The translations under genes were made by a program, and so were the position numbers. A stretch of 64,000 nucleotides of DNA from Octopus vulgaris. Taxonomy: Eukaryota. The notes under the pieces were generated by a model. That model made no database searches. It was not told where the DNA came from and saw nothing but the letters and a program-made list of their open reading frames with translations. Location: positions 79,670,001 to 79,734,000 of the forward strand of contig OX597819.1 in assembly GCA_951406725.2 (NCBI GenBank), read 5' to 3'. Every line of letters begins with the position of its first letter. The stretch's first letter is position 1. Of this stretch, positions 26,001 through 39,447 are shown one piece after another.

Positions 26001-26458
26001 TATACTCTCCATCGCTGTTGAGTGTTGAGTGCATGACTGCTTGGTTTGTCGGCTTGTGGTGATTTGGGTTGCTGTTGTTGTTGTTGTTGTTGTTGTTATT
26101 GTCATCGTCGTTGTTATTGCAAGTGTTGTCCCGTTCCATGACAGCCCTGCTCAAGCAGATTTACATATAATCAAAGGCATACTAACCTTGATCATTCCGT
26201 CGTTTTTTTTTGTTTTTCCTATGCACAGTAAATCCAGGATCAATTTATCTAAATCAGACTGCTATTTTTAGGCGAGCAACTTACCATGTGGTCGCTCTCT
26301 CTCGTTGTTGTATAGCTTAAAGAAAGAGAAGTTTGGAAGAAGTAGCGTGAACTGAAACCGGAAACTGTAGTGACGAATGATAATTACAGGGTTTTATGAG
26401 ATTTCGCCATTTTGACTGGACATAACTACTGAAATAAAGAGATCAGAAACGATCGGAG

Positions 26459-26528
<70 letters not shown>

Positions 26529-26579
26529 ACACAAACACAAACACACACAAACACACACATACATGCACAAACATAACCA

Positions 26580-26631
<52 letters not shown>

Positions 26632-26649
26632 TATACGCACAAACACAAT

Positions 26650-26935
26650 CAGTGAAAAGATCATAGACTCTACAATACCATATGATAGCCGAGTGAAAAG
26701 CGAGGAAGCTATAGAAGTTTGAGGAATATCAAGACTTAGTGAAATGAGAAGATTGTGAAATACAAGAGTGAAAATTACTCCCATGATAATTTGAGCGTTC
26801 AGCACAACTCCCAATGAGATGTCAAACAGGTTGAAGGACATACGAAGAGTTTGAGACGCCTAGTGTCGGCCTACCATCCTGTAATCTGTGGCAATCCTAA
26901 GAAAGACTTTCGAGATTTGAGGAGACTTGCTGCCA
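26650..26935 (+). pseudogene. Decayed 3' end of a restriction-like endonuclease LINE
   Basis: Reads KIIDSTIPYDSRVKSEE...MRRL*NTRVKITPMII*AFSTTP...ILRKTFEI*, homologous to LIDVSIPADDNV...RMWNLKTETIPIIVGALG...ILRRTLSIQ of ORF 51986..53050. Confidence 0.7.
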
Positions 26936-27133
26936 ACAATTTTCGGGATTACATATCTGCTAATTAAATTATCATGTAATAGGTTTTTGTTTACTTATGA
27001 CGATGATGATGGTGATGATGATGATGACCATCATCATCATCATGAACAGGATGAAGATAATGATGATAGTTATGATGATGATGGTGACGACGGCGATGAT
27101 GACAACAACAGTAATAACGACAACAATAGTAAC

Positions 27134-27187
<54 letters not shown>

Positions 27188-27198
27188 GATGATGATAG

Positions 27199-27250
<52 letters not shown>

Positions 27251-27268
27251 AATGACGATGATGATGAC

Positions 27269-27304
<36 letters not shown>

Positions 27305-27339
27305 AATAATAATAGTAATAATAATAAAAATAATAATAA

Positions 27340-27610
27340 TCCTTTCTACTACAGGCACAAGGCCTGAAATTTATGGGAAGGGGAATCGCCAACCACATTG
27401 ACCCCAGTGCTTAACTGGTAATTAAGTTATCGACTCCTAAAAGATTGAAAGGCAAAGTCGACCTCGACGGAATATGAACTCAGAACGTGAATACGGACGA
27501 AATGCCGCGAAGCGTTCTACTCTAGGCACAAGGCCTGGAATTTTGGGCGAGTGGAATTCTCGATTACATTGATCCTCGGTGTTCAACTGGTACTTCTTTC
27601 ATTGCCCCCC
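27340..27610 (-). mobile_element. SINE family B, two partial tandem copies
   Basis: aggcacaaggcctgaaattt...gaccccagtgc..aactggta...ggcaaagtcgacctcg. Confidence 0.8.
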
Positions 27611-27950
27611 CTCCTAAGACAGATCTAATTTCAAACTACACGCATAACTCGTTTGCCTTTTCGTACATTCTGGCTGATAAAAGATATACTACACATTTAC
27701 TAGTTTCATTTAATTTACTTATACTTATGTATACTGTCATCAACAGGAGCAAAAGAACTATTACTGGCAGCGCCCGTGAAAATTTCTCAATTATTTTGAA
27801 AACTATAGGCTTGTTACAAGTGCATGGATAACCATTAAATACATCATGTCTTTCTGAATTTTCTAATAGTTACTTTTTATGTTTATTCTTAAGCGTTAAA
27901 TTCTTTGAGATTGTTCAAAGATGTGTATAGGGAGTACTAAATAATCTTAG

Positions 27951-28326
27951 TACCTCTGCCTTAGCGAAAGCGGAGGTATTGTTTTACAGTCGTGTTTGTT
28001 TGTCCGTGGACAAGGTATCTCAAGAACCGCTGGATGGATTCGGATAAAACTTCCAGAGATGTTTGGCCTCGTGACTGGCACGAACTGATTAGGTTTTTGA
28101 ATCGATCTGGTACCGTACAAGGATTCTGGATTATCTTTCTTGTTTTTTTTTTTTTTGTTTTTTACTTAATTTTTGAGAGCGTTCGGGTTCATTTTTAGTG
28201 TTCTCGTTTGTGAGAAGAGTCGAGTTTATTTTAGATATACTCGTTCTAAAAATCATCTCTGGATAATGGTTGAGAGGACGTTGGTGTTGCCTTGTCGGAG
28301 GTTTGCGCTCTCTGGGTGCTCTTGTT
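27951..28326 (+). mobile_element. Non-autonomous Helentron-associated (HINE/DINE-1-like) element
   Basis: 5' TACCTCTGCC with nearby inverted GCGGAGGTA, GTTT/GTCC microsatellite, 3' sub-terminal CGGAGGT (about 28296-28302) and terminal hairpin GCGCTC-TCT-GGGTGC before CTTGTT. Confidence 0.7.
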
Positions 28327-28701
28327 AATATCATTTTTCTTCTTTTCCGGTCTAGTCTAATTTGTACTAATCCTTGCTAAAAAAATTGTCTAACGGTAAA
28401 TTACTGAACTGAATACTGTTGCCTATAATCTTATGTTTTGAAACTGAGTTAAGCTTTCAGTATAGATCTAATATATCAACAATATTCATTGTTAACTTTT
28501 TGTATAATATGTATGTAGATGTACGTACGTATTAATATTGTTGTCGTTCTTCTTGTTCTCTATATAGTTCAGCAATTTCTATGTAAACGTCTCTTAACTC
28601 TGTGTCATCACCTCACAGAATAAATACGGAAAACGTGACGCTTGCGTAAATTTTGCAAACCGCATTTCATGCTTATTTCCTTTCTGAATAACTACTCGCA
28701 C

Positions 28702-28738
<37 letters not shown>

Positions 28739-29399
28739 TTTTAGTCATGATTTCTTTGTTTATTCATCAGCTGCACATATGTATATTGAAGACACACATA
28801 AAATATGGCTGATAACATCTGTACCACCATGTAGTATGCAATTTGAAGATGGTCAAATGCTTTAGAATCAGACAGAAAAAGCCCTTTTGCTTTATATTAG
28901 ATTTGATCTCATCATAACTAGGTTATATATTTTATTTTACGTTGTCAAAATATGTACAGATTGGTATGTAAAGCATTATTTTTATTATTGAGTACAAATA
29001 TACGAAGCCCAGTATAACCAAAACGACTACCTACCTGATAAGGATACACCAGGCACATGCATCACAACCGTATGTGCACGAAACACACATGTCTTCGGGA
29101 GTAGGGCGGGGAACTATTCAAAACCCCAAAGAATTTCTCTCAACACATGCCTATGATGCTACACCACTACTTCTACTCGTGATCAGAGATGCACATATTG
29201 TCCGCCACTAAGGGACATGCTCAACTAGTTATGGTCAAGCAACTGACAACCAGATCTGTGATACTGACCAGAATATTTGTTGTAACCCATCTTTTATACC
29301 ATGACAAAGCATGTACATGATAACCCTGCCAATCATTTAAGATCAGAGAGCCACGGCTTGGTACTACATCATGGCATTTATTATCATTATTATCATTAT

Positions 29400-29975
29400 T
29401 ATTCAGTAGTCTTTTTTTATCACCTGCTTTCACTGTACTACCGAGCGCAGCTCCGAGTGCTTTGGGCATGTGCTGTGGTTTGTTGTGACGTTCTTATTTT
29501 CACTGTATTGAATGTGTTTAATGTAGGATGTGTGCGGTGCCTAGTAATGCTATTTGCTATATGCTACATATACCTGTTAGTCCTGGTGTTTTTGTTATGT
29601 CTTAGTCTGAATATTTTTTATCATATCCAATGTGCCTATTATAATAGGAACTGTTTCTGTTTTTAGGCTCCACGTTCGAGTTACCTCTATCTCCAGACTT
29701 TGTATTTTGAAAGTTTATCCGTTTCTTTTTGAGAAACATTGTCATATGTTGGCATTAATACATCGATTAGAAAGCACTATATCCGGCAAATTCACCTTAA
29801 TTTATCTGTCTGTGTGTACTGAGATATCCCAGACTATGGCTGCTTTCTCATTTTCTGTCTCCTTTTCTGGTGTGTGCCTATACCATCTTTTTTCTGTGGT
29901 TATTCCATAGTGTTGATATAGCTTTTAGTGTATATAGGCCTCCACTCTATCGTGTCTGTGAATATATTCCTTCTT
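29400..29975 (-). mobile_element. 5'-truncated, diverged copy of the RLE LINE at 52043-53147
   Basis: KKEYIHRHDRVEAYIH motif; the 3' UTR attcagtagt...ctaccgagcgcagctc...gggcatgtgctgtg is the reverse complement of 53060-53150; flanked by (TTA)n-type tracts. Confidence 0.9.
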
Positions 29976-30061
29976 CTTCTTCTTCTTCTTCTTCTTCTTC
30001 TTCTTCTTCTTCTTCTTCTTCTTCTTCTTCTTCTTCTTCTTCTTCTTCTTCTTCTTCTTCT

Positions 30062-30153
<92 letters not shown>

Positions 30154-30378
30154 ATGGGTGTTTTCTTGCTACTCAGCTTCATGTTTTCAGCTCATTTATT
30201 GTGCTCAAACAGTTACAGTTATATGGGTAGCACAGGAATGCAAATCACTAAATCCGAATAAAAATCTATAAACAGATGTCTTGCCAAGCATACACGTTGA
30301 CACTTAAGAAATAAAAACTCTTGTGTACTATGTGACATAAAAGGCTTTCAAGAATCCCTTACGAGAAATCGCAGAAGT

Positions 30379-30612
30379 TTCATCCTGTAGCATTTAAACC
30401 AGCCATATTCGGCCAAAATCCGAGCATTCTATCTGCTTTATGTTCAAACTGCCCAAATCTAGCACCTCGCTACTACTCTCCAATGGGATTCTAAGAATAA
30501 ACTAGCAAGTCATTAAAATTTTGAAGGTATGATATGATGCACGATTACTTCAAAACAATGTGACTAAATAAGCATTATATTTAAAGGAAAAATTTGAATG
30601 CTGAAGGATTAA
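30379..30612. mobile_element. piggyBac-type MITE, degraded (inverted partial copy at 38957-39130)
   Basis: Termini tt.a.cct.tagcatt ... aatgctgaaggaTTAA; body shared with 38957-39130. Confidence 0.55.
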
Positions 30613-30910
30613 ACAAAACGTGAATTTTTTTCTGTAAGTCAAACTAAGCTGCTTCCGCTTTTTCAGTTACGAATTATCACTCACCTTACGTATGATTACT
30701 TATTCGGTATCAGTAAATTAAACAGAGGATTCCTGTAACCATCTTGAATAAAGATATGGCTTTCATTATTTGACTATAGAATGACAACAGATAAGATGTC
30801 CGGGAAACTTTCGGTAACGATACAAAATAGCCTAATAAACAGTTATACGGTACATAATCCATTGAGCATGTTTTGTGTTATTCGTTACAAGCAATATATA
30901 TATATGTATG

Positions 30911-30973
<63 letters not shown>

Positions 30974-31287
30974 ATATATACTAATCAATACGGACATTTA
31001 AGCTAGGTCCTTCGGAGTGCTAATTGGACCTGCGACACAAAACTAAAGAGAGCAATAATAATAAAGCATTTATTGGTACCTTACCAATATTGTATTACTT
31101 TGAATTCAGTCTAAACGAAAAAATTATTAGTTCAAAAATTTTTGGAGTTCTTTTAAAATTTGAATTTCCAACTGTTAGCATATAAAAAATCCTCATACAA
31201 TGCTGGATGTCCAAGAACCAAATGAAGGGTAGATTTTCAGTCTCAGGATCGTCCTGATTCCAAAATGTATAATATATCTATGCATAG

Positions 31288-34262
31288 CATAGCTTCCCAA
31301 AGTGGGCAATATTGCCCACTGGTGAGCAATTTCAACTTAAAGGTGGTCGATGGACGAATTTCTAGAAAATTTTGGGCAATGTGAACATTTTGTGGGTGAC
31401 AAAGAAGTTTTAGAAAATAAGTCTTCATTTTCTGATATCTAGGCATGTCTAGAATAAGGATGCACTTTTGTTGATTTGACTAGTCGCATGAGACGTCCCT
31501 TTGTATTTAAAAAGCGGACTTGTTTATCGGTCGAATATTTTTGTCGCAGTCATTGAGTTAGTTGTCATATATACTAAAAATAACAGCCAAAGAAGCTTAG
31601 GCCTTAAATCGCGCTTTTTTTTTTACATAATCGTACGAAGTCCCACGTGTAGAATGCGCATTCGCAAAATGTTTCTGAAAGCTCTAGAAAATAGTAATGA
31701 GGGGTAATTCTACGGTTTCATATCAAAACACAAGTTGACAAAATGTGCAGTCACGCACAAAACTACAGCTCTGAAATCGTGTTTCTTGACTGGGTGAAAA
31801 TGATCAAACTTTAAGCCTCTATAAGCTTTTAAAAACAGTTTTGTTGGAAAAAGTTGAATAATTCCAGCAATTTAGCTTGGAAAGGTATATTAATGTGCTA
31901 AACTTTAAAATTTTCAATAAACTTTAATTTTTGAAATGCTGGCAGCCAAACGAACTAGCTCTGTATTTGCTCCAGTACAGACGTGTCATCTGACTACTCT
32001 AACGACTTCTACTTTTCTTTGGGACTACCATACTGCCTTTCTGTCAACGTCTGTAGAAATTCGTTTTCACATTTTCACTTTACTGATGTCTCCAAGAAAA
32101 TCTTTTGACAGTAGACTAGTGATTATTTATCGTTTAGATTTCTTCCCACTCCTCAGAACTGTCAGTTACCAATGTGCCTCCTTTGTCGTCAAATATTGAC
32201 CAATGAAGCAATGAAACTTTTATGCTCAAGAAGAACAAGCCGTCGTCATACTTTTTGCAGCTGAGCGTCTCTTTTAAAAAGCAAACACTATCATCCAATA
32301 CGCTACTCTGGGAAACTAGTAAGCAGGAGAATGACAAGTTGATTGCATTGTACATCACTGCATTGGTTGTTGCTAAGTCTGTGAAGTTTCACACAACTGG
32401 AGAAACATTACATTGTCCGGTTATCGAAGAGGTTTTGTTAACCGTTATGCACAGAAAACCTGATGACATTATGAAGAAGATTCCACTTAGTAATAACATG
32501 ATTTCTCGACTCATCGATGAAGTGGCCAACGATATCAATTATCAGCTCATTAATGTTCTATAGCATTCTGAATGTTCTATACAAAGTGGATGAGTCAACT
32601 GTTGTGGATAATCAATGTTTGATGATGGTATATGTTCGGTTATTTCAGCGAAGACCTTCTACCTTATGAGGAAATGCTGTTCACAGAGAAATTGCTGCTT
32701 GATTCAAAAGGTGCAACTATTTTTCACACTCTTAAGACTTACCTTTTTGAACATAATATCCCACTCAATGATATTCTTGCCTGTGCGTCTGATGGAGCCC
32801 TTTCAATAATAGGAAGATACAGAGGTTTTTTCATCTCTCCTAAAGCGTGAAATTTCCCACCAGATACTAACTCTTCGTTGCCTGGCACACCGGCAGCATT
32901 TAGTGGCAAAAATATGAACGGTAGTTTGAATGATATACTGCATTTAGTTATCAAGACTGTGAACAAATTGAGGTCCAATGCCTTGTCTGATCGAATTTTC
33001 TGTCAACTATGTCTGAGAAATGATGAGGACTATACCAAACTCTTATACCATACCGAAGTACCGTGACCGTCAAAAGGAAACTGTTTTACGCTTTATTGAA
33101 CTGTTTCATATAATCGTATCTTTCTTTGAAGATGCTCCACTATCCGCTTCATTGAGGGATGCAAGGTGAGTTATCTTTTTTCTTCGCGATATATTCATAA
33201 ATTAAATGATTTGAATAAGTTATTGCAAGGAAACAGAAAAAAAAACTCTCGTTGATTGTAAATCATTTACCGTAACTTTCATTTCGAAATTAGTGCTGTA
33301 GAAGACTAACATTTCAAAACGTCAATTCCATCAATTTCCACAACTTGATTCTTTGAAAGATGAATTGGTTGATGAGGGTTTAACTACATATCACAAATAG
33401 TTACACTTATTGAACGTTGACATGGCGGGGCGATTTCAAGATGTTATTGCGTTGAATATTCCAAATTAGTATAGCAACCCGTTTGAGGTCGATGCAGTCG
33501 ATTGCGAGAATGACGTTCAGGAGGAATTGATAGAATTACAAAATAACAATGACGCCACAATATGATATCGCTGTAATGGCAAAGAAGTTTTGTGGTACCA
33601 TTAAAGTATATTGAATTCCTACCCTAATCTGTGGAAACATCTGAAATTACTTTTGCTTGCTTTCCCTACCTCGTACCTGGTTGAATCTGGTTCTAGCCAT
33701 GTTAGAACTTTACTTTCCCATAAAAGAATTAGACTGGATGTGATACAGCGAGGAGACTTGCGGCTAAAGTCAACAAGTTTGAAACCGAATGTATCTGCAC
33801 TAGCTGCATCGCAACAGATACAAGGTTGTCATTGAAAAGTTGTATTTTTTCCTTTATAATACAATTATTAATTACTTTTGCATCGAAAGTTCTGATCAAT
33901 GGTTCATTTGAAGAAAATGAAAATCAGTGTAAAAGAAAGCGCAAATTTCCAGAAGTTAATCTGTCTGCATAATATAGAGTTAACGTTAGAATTTTATTCA
34001 CACTAATGGCAAAACTAAACCCACAATAAGGGATTTGTAAACAACCGCATATTTAGTCCAAACGGCACTAACAGGGCAACAAATTTACGATATAGTGTGT
34101 GTTAAATGATGCAAGGGAGGGGGGTCTCTTATGGGATTTAGTGTTGAGGTGGGGTGGGGGTTATGTTTGGGGTTTTTTTTCTACACAGACGGGCGATGGA
34201 GTATTTTTTGGAGGATAGATGGGTCTTATTGCAATTTGGCGTGAAAAGTTTCGGAAACACTG
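31288..34262 (+). mobile_element. hAT (Charlie/Buster-type) DNA transposon, decayed
   Basis: Left end CATAGCTTCCCAAAGTGGG, right end AAAAGTTTCGGAAACACTG; internal transposase; TSD not convincing. Confidence 0.8.
32222..33835 (+). pseudogene. Charlie/Buster-type (ZBED5/SCAND3-like) transposase pseudogene
   Basis: AKSVKFHTTGETL, KIPLSNNMISRLI, DEST, ACASDGA, KLLYHTEV and LLAFPTSYLVESG...RGDLRL motifs in broken ORFs. Confidence 0.92.
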
Positions 34263-34831
34263 ATATCAAGCAATGTAGACTGAGATCCTGGGGTCCTCGA
34301 ATTTATTATTATAGATTTATGTATATACCACAGAACCTTCCAAAACTAAATACCAATATCTAAGCCTAATCTATGTCTAATTAGAGTACGTATGAAAAAA
34401 TCGAACATTTAGCAGGACAACTGAAAATAACGAGACTAAGATATAAGAAATTGAAAATCAAGCACAATGAATGTGTATTCTCATCATCTGCTGCCAAATG
34501 GATATTAGTATAGTTTCAACATCAAACACACACTCACACTTGCACACACACATACAAATAATTGTAGTCCCTCACACACTTACACACATACACGGCGTAC
34601 ACTCATAGTACTGTGTTTCTATGTGTAATGCGTGTGTGAATGTTTACTTTTACTCAAAATACTCGAATTGAAATATCGAGATAACTCCTAGAAGGAAACG
34701 ATTCATACATTTGCACATATAAGTACAACTACGGGATTGAACAATTATATATATACATACACACACACAGATGCATACACACACATGATCACACAAACTC
34801 GCACACATAATCAAAGACACACATACAAACA

Positions 34832-34874
<43 letters not shown>

Positions 34875-35414
34875 ACACACACACATACACTCATTTGTTA
34901 TTCAGATTATTCACGTTCATTTTATTCTCCACCACAATCACCACCACCACCACTACAAGCAACACCAACACCAGCACCATCACTGCTACCACCTATACCA
35001 CTACTACCATATTCATACAAACGCAGAGACACAAACAAAGACGCACTTACTGTTACACTCGCATATATAGTCATACAATGTACAAGTTCTAGCTGTCGGT
35101 ATTATTGGCTATTTAATTAATTTATTCACAATAATTTCATCTTTAAAATCATTGTTTAAGAGCAGCGTATTTCAATGTAATTAATAACTTAACAATATTA
35201 AACATAATTAAGCGGGGTTGGAAACGAAATGGTTTGAGGAGTGATAGTCTTGTTGTAAGCGTTGTACAGCAAGCATTATTATCAGTGGACAGTGAGCTGG
35301 CTCTATTAGTTTCGAGTCCTCTGCGAAGCCTATTTCGCTTCATTTGCAAGGTATGACTATTATATACAGATTTTTTTTTGCGATTTAATCCCCAAAATAA
35401 CGGTTAAAATCTTT

Positions 35415-35819
35415 GGATCTTTTCGGTTTGAACGGCAGTTTTTTAAAATAATTTCCACGTAACTAAACACTTTTAAACATCTTTTTCTCTTGGCTTTATT
35501 GAGAAAATTCTATAGTTTGTAAGATATTTGTTGTTCTTTTTCTTCAATTTCTGCAATTTCAACCAATCAATGACCATCTATTGAGGTGAAAACATTCTGT
35601 GCCGTATGAATATGTCCCTCGTTTAAGAAACAGATTGGGTTTATTTACATTTCTGAAGAAAAAAAGATACCTTTCCCCTAACCCTAAAACCCTAACCCTA
35701 ATCTTAACTAACCCTAACTAACCCTAACCCTAAAAGAGATCGATACTAGGGTCATAATTATGGGTAACAACTTCATATGACACCGCTAGAAAAAACTGCC
35801 GTTCAAACCGAAAAGATCC
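35415..35819. mobile_element. MITE with perfect 30-bp TIRs, 8-bp TSD and internal (CCCTAA)n-like repeats
   Basis: GGATCTTTTCGGTTTGAACGGCAGTTTTTT (35415-35444) and its reverse complement (35790-35819); TSD AAATCTTT at 35407-35414 and 35820-35827. Confidence 0.92.
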
Positions 35820-36275
35820 AAATCTTTTAAAACACTTTAACGAGATAGTTATTTATTATGAGTTCCCGTTTCTTTACGTTCTGAATTCAAATGCCGCCAT
35901 TCTTTCGGGATTGGTAAAGTATATACTAGTGGAGCACTGGGGTTGATATAATCCACTCCCATTTTTTCTCAAAAGTGTTGGTCTTATTCTAAAAATAAAG
36001 AATTATCATTATGATTCAGTTTATATTGTGCTCAAATCATTTTAGCCATTTTAGGACACGCAGAAACTCTTACATATTCTCTTCCCAATAATTTTAAAAA
36101 TACATTGTTAATTATTTCTAATACATGAAATCAACTATGGTGGTGGTGGTAGGGGACATTCAGTTAATTCAACGGAGATAACCGTTTTTTCATAATATTT
36201 GGCTGTATTTGGAGTTGCAGTTTGAAATTAAGATTTGAGGAAGGAGATGCTCTCCTTCTTTCTCTCTCTCTCGCA

Positions 36276-36318
<43 letters not shown>

Positions 36319-38073
36319 ACACACACTCACACACACACTTTTATATAATGTGGTCCTATGAAGCACTGGAGATGAAATAAAACTTTCATACTCATCTCTA
36401 ATATCAGCCTCCTGGCATTTTAATATACGCTGCTAAAGTAATATGCTTGAAGTCTCTGAACTTGTATGTCTTTGCATGGATGCATGGCACATTTTCTAAC
36501 ACAAGTGTTTCAAAATCTAATTTTTTTGAATATGTTGGAAATGATCCGTTACCTTTCTATTATTAGCCGTACTCAATAAAACATTTTTCAAAAAGTTTCA
36601 AGATTATTTTGAACTTTCTAAAACGTGTTAGTTATATTTTTAACTCCATGACATAACAATATACTCTTTGCGAACATCAGTATTCCACAGTGCATTACTT
36701 CACAGCGTAAGTCGCTGGCTTAAATGGCGTGAAATAAAAGTATTCTAAAATACCGTTGACAGTGATAGCAGTAAGTACTACAACAATGGTTGTATGCCGC
36801 AAAAACCTTAACATGTGTGCTAGCGGAACGTAAACTCGTGGTAGAGCTTCCTATGCAGAACAAATCGGATAAAGGCCAGACTAATATAGAATAACTCTTC
36901 TGAAGATTAAAAATGGGTTTGTGTAGGGCCAACACCACGACATAGGAAAAAGAGTAAAGTTACAGAAGCTCCGAGGAGAATGCAAAACCCAAAAACCTAG
37001 AAGAGAAAAGGATACCCCAGAGTCAAAAACAAAAGCGAAAAGAGGAAAGGTGTCGCTCCATAGGCAGCAAAGGGCTTAAGTATGAATGGATGAGAGGTAA
37101 AATTGGTGTCGGTGGGATACGAAATCAGAATGTAAAGAGCCAGAACAAATGCCACGAAGCAGTTTTCCCGACACTTTAATGTTTCTGCCAATCATATGAA
37201 AGGTGATATATTATGAAAAACAAAAGAATAACGACGAGCAAATGCATTTGAACGAAAATCATTACATAAAAGCATTGCTGAGAATATCCTAAATTAATTA
37301 TGCCAGGAAATGGTACAAAAATAACTGTAGCATTTAAATGCAATTCCAAGAAGACAAGCCATGTTGAAAATGTAAAAGAAAACAAAGAAAAGAGTATTTG
37401 AAGCTATTATTAAAGAAGCAATGCCATATATAATCCACATGAGGAAGTGATACCCAATCAGATTAGACGATGATGTATTTCATTTTGGAAAAAAAAAAGA
37501 GAAAGGAAAGGAAAATTCATGAAAAATGTCACCGTGGTACACATGTCAAAAACGTTTACTTTCGTACCTCTTTATAGAGAAAACTTTCTGAAGATGAAGG
37601 TAATCACTATACCAGCATATATTGTTTGTCATGACCTTCATAGAAGAATTCGGCGATTGGCCGATGTGTTGGGCGTTGTTGAAACCGTTCTGAAATTATA
37701 AAATCTTATCTTGCTCAAGTTTACGTGCTGGGTATTTTTAAAATGGCTCTGAAGTTACACAAAACTTTTTTTTTACTGCATTTAGATGTCTCCAGAACAA
37801 AGACATATATATCTGAAGTTGTTTGTTTACGTCCTACACCTCCTTTGTAAATGAGTGTTCAATTTCGCATTTTAAAGCATTATGGAAAATTTACGATGTC
37901 TGGTGAATTTTGCCATGTCTTTCAGGATTCATAAAGGCTGGCTTACGGGATTTTAAGAGTGGGAGAGGAAGAAAAAAAACTGTTGCAGAGAAGAGTATAT
38001 GTCAGACAAGTTCTTGCCCTGATTATTTACAATTATATAAAAATTATACGCGTTTGATAGATATCAGCATATA

Positions 38074-38940
38074 CATGGTCTGATCAATAAGTATTCGGAC
38101 TGTTGCCATAATAACAAAACTAAAGCATGCAGAGTGAAGCCGCTTGGCACAGATTGACTTTTAAGTCTGTTGTACATGTGCACTATGTGTTAACGTTCTA
38201 GCTCACTTCCCCTGTTTAGAGCTGTACTTGGGGGGAGGGGGGGAGGTTGCATTGATCATGTCAGAGAAAGTTGAGCAGAGAATCTACATCAAATTTTGCC
38301 AAAAACTTGACGATATCTGCCCAGAGGCCTATGCAAAGTTTTCAAAAAGATTTCATCATTCTCGTCACAATCAAGAAGATCTTGTGCAACTGAAATCCGA
38401 GTTCCTTTTTTGGTCAGCTGAAAGTAGTTTTGGCACAAACTTGGCAGACACGCGTCTCATACCCAAATCTTCAGTGATAATGGACTGAACTGAGCCGTAA
38501 CTAATCTCTACATCCTCTGATAACTCACAGATGGTGATTTGACGATTTCCTCTCACAGCTGCACGCACATCTGCGATGTTTTTCTTAGTTCTGCTGGTTG
38601 CGGATTTCCCAGAACGTTCAACAATATCAACATAATTCGGCGATCTTCGAAACGTTCAGACCACTCGTACACTTGTGTGTGGCTCATACAATTCCATCCA
38701 CACACTTTCTGAAAATTTGCGTAGGCTTCTGAGCAGGTATCGCCATGACAACTTTCTCTGTCATGGTCAATGCGACGATCACACGCTACACATCTTCCTT
38801 CCAAGCACTCCTGTAAACAGTTAAAACTTAGTGCACATGTATTGCAGAGTTCAAGGTTAATTTTTAACCAGCGGCTTTGCTCTGCGTGCTTTAGCTTCAT
38901 TACTATGGTAAAAGACCAGATACTCATTGATCACACCTCA
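38074..38940. mobile_element. mariner derivative made of two inverted 5' ends
   Basis: TA-flanked TIRs (CATGGTCTGATCAATAAGTAT / ATACTCATTGATCACACCTCA); plus strand MSEKVEQRIYIKFCQKL..EAYAKF; minus strand EAYANFQKV..SHTQVYEW..RRVSAKFVPKLLSADQK. Confidence 0.88.
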
Positions 38941-39447
38941 TATCAGGTCGTTTTCCTTGAACCTTTAGCAATTAGATTAGTGTATCACAGATAATGCTTA
39001 TTTATTCACATTGTTTTGGATTAATCATTATCTCGTAGCTTCAAGAGTTCAATGATGTGATTGTATATACATTTAGAATGACATGGTAAAGTAGGTGTGA
39101 GAAGCAAGATGCGGCTGGTTCGAGCATAAATTTCGCTAAAAGACAAAAATTATTATACCGATATCGTGCGGTTTAGCTTCGACAGAGTTACCGCATTTTA
39201 TATTGGTATAGAGCGACACAACCTATGTTTAAGTCCATTTTTTAGTCAAGTGACTAAAGATGGACTGACTCATTGTTATAAAACAAAGAATTGTGAGCGA
39301 TTGGGAGTTTGTGTTGGTAGCAGATTTTTTGTGTTGAGTTGTTGATAACGGAGTGTTTTTATAGTGAGAGCGTTAAATATTTGTTCGTTTATTACTGTTC
39401 GAATAGTTGATATTGTAAATTGTTGTTTTTTTCCCCATTGGGGGAGA

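Noticed and set aside
35677-35733. True telomere or chromosome fusion relic
   Set aside because: Short, imperfect and enclosed in a TIR/TSD-bounded MITE
36400-37950. Possible coding or DNA transposon remnant
   Set aside because: No motif I can identify; ORFs are short
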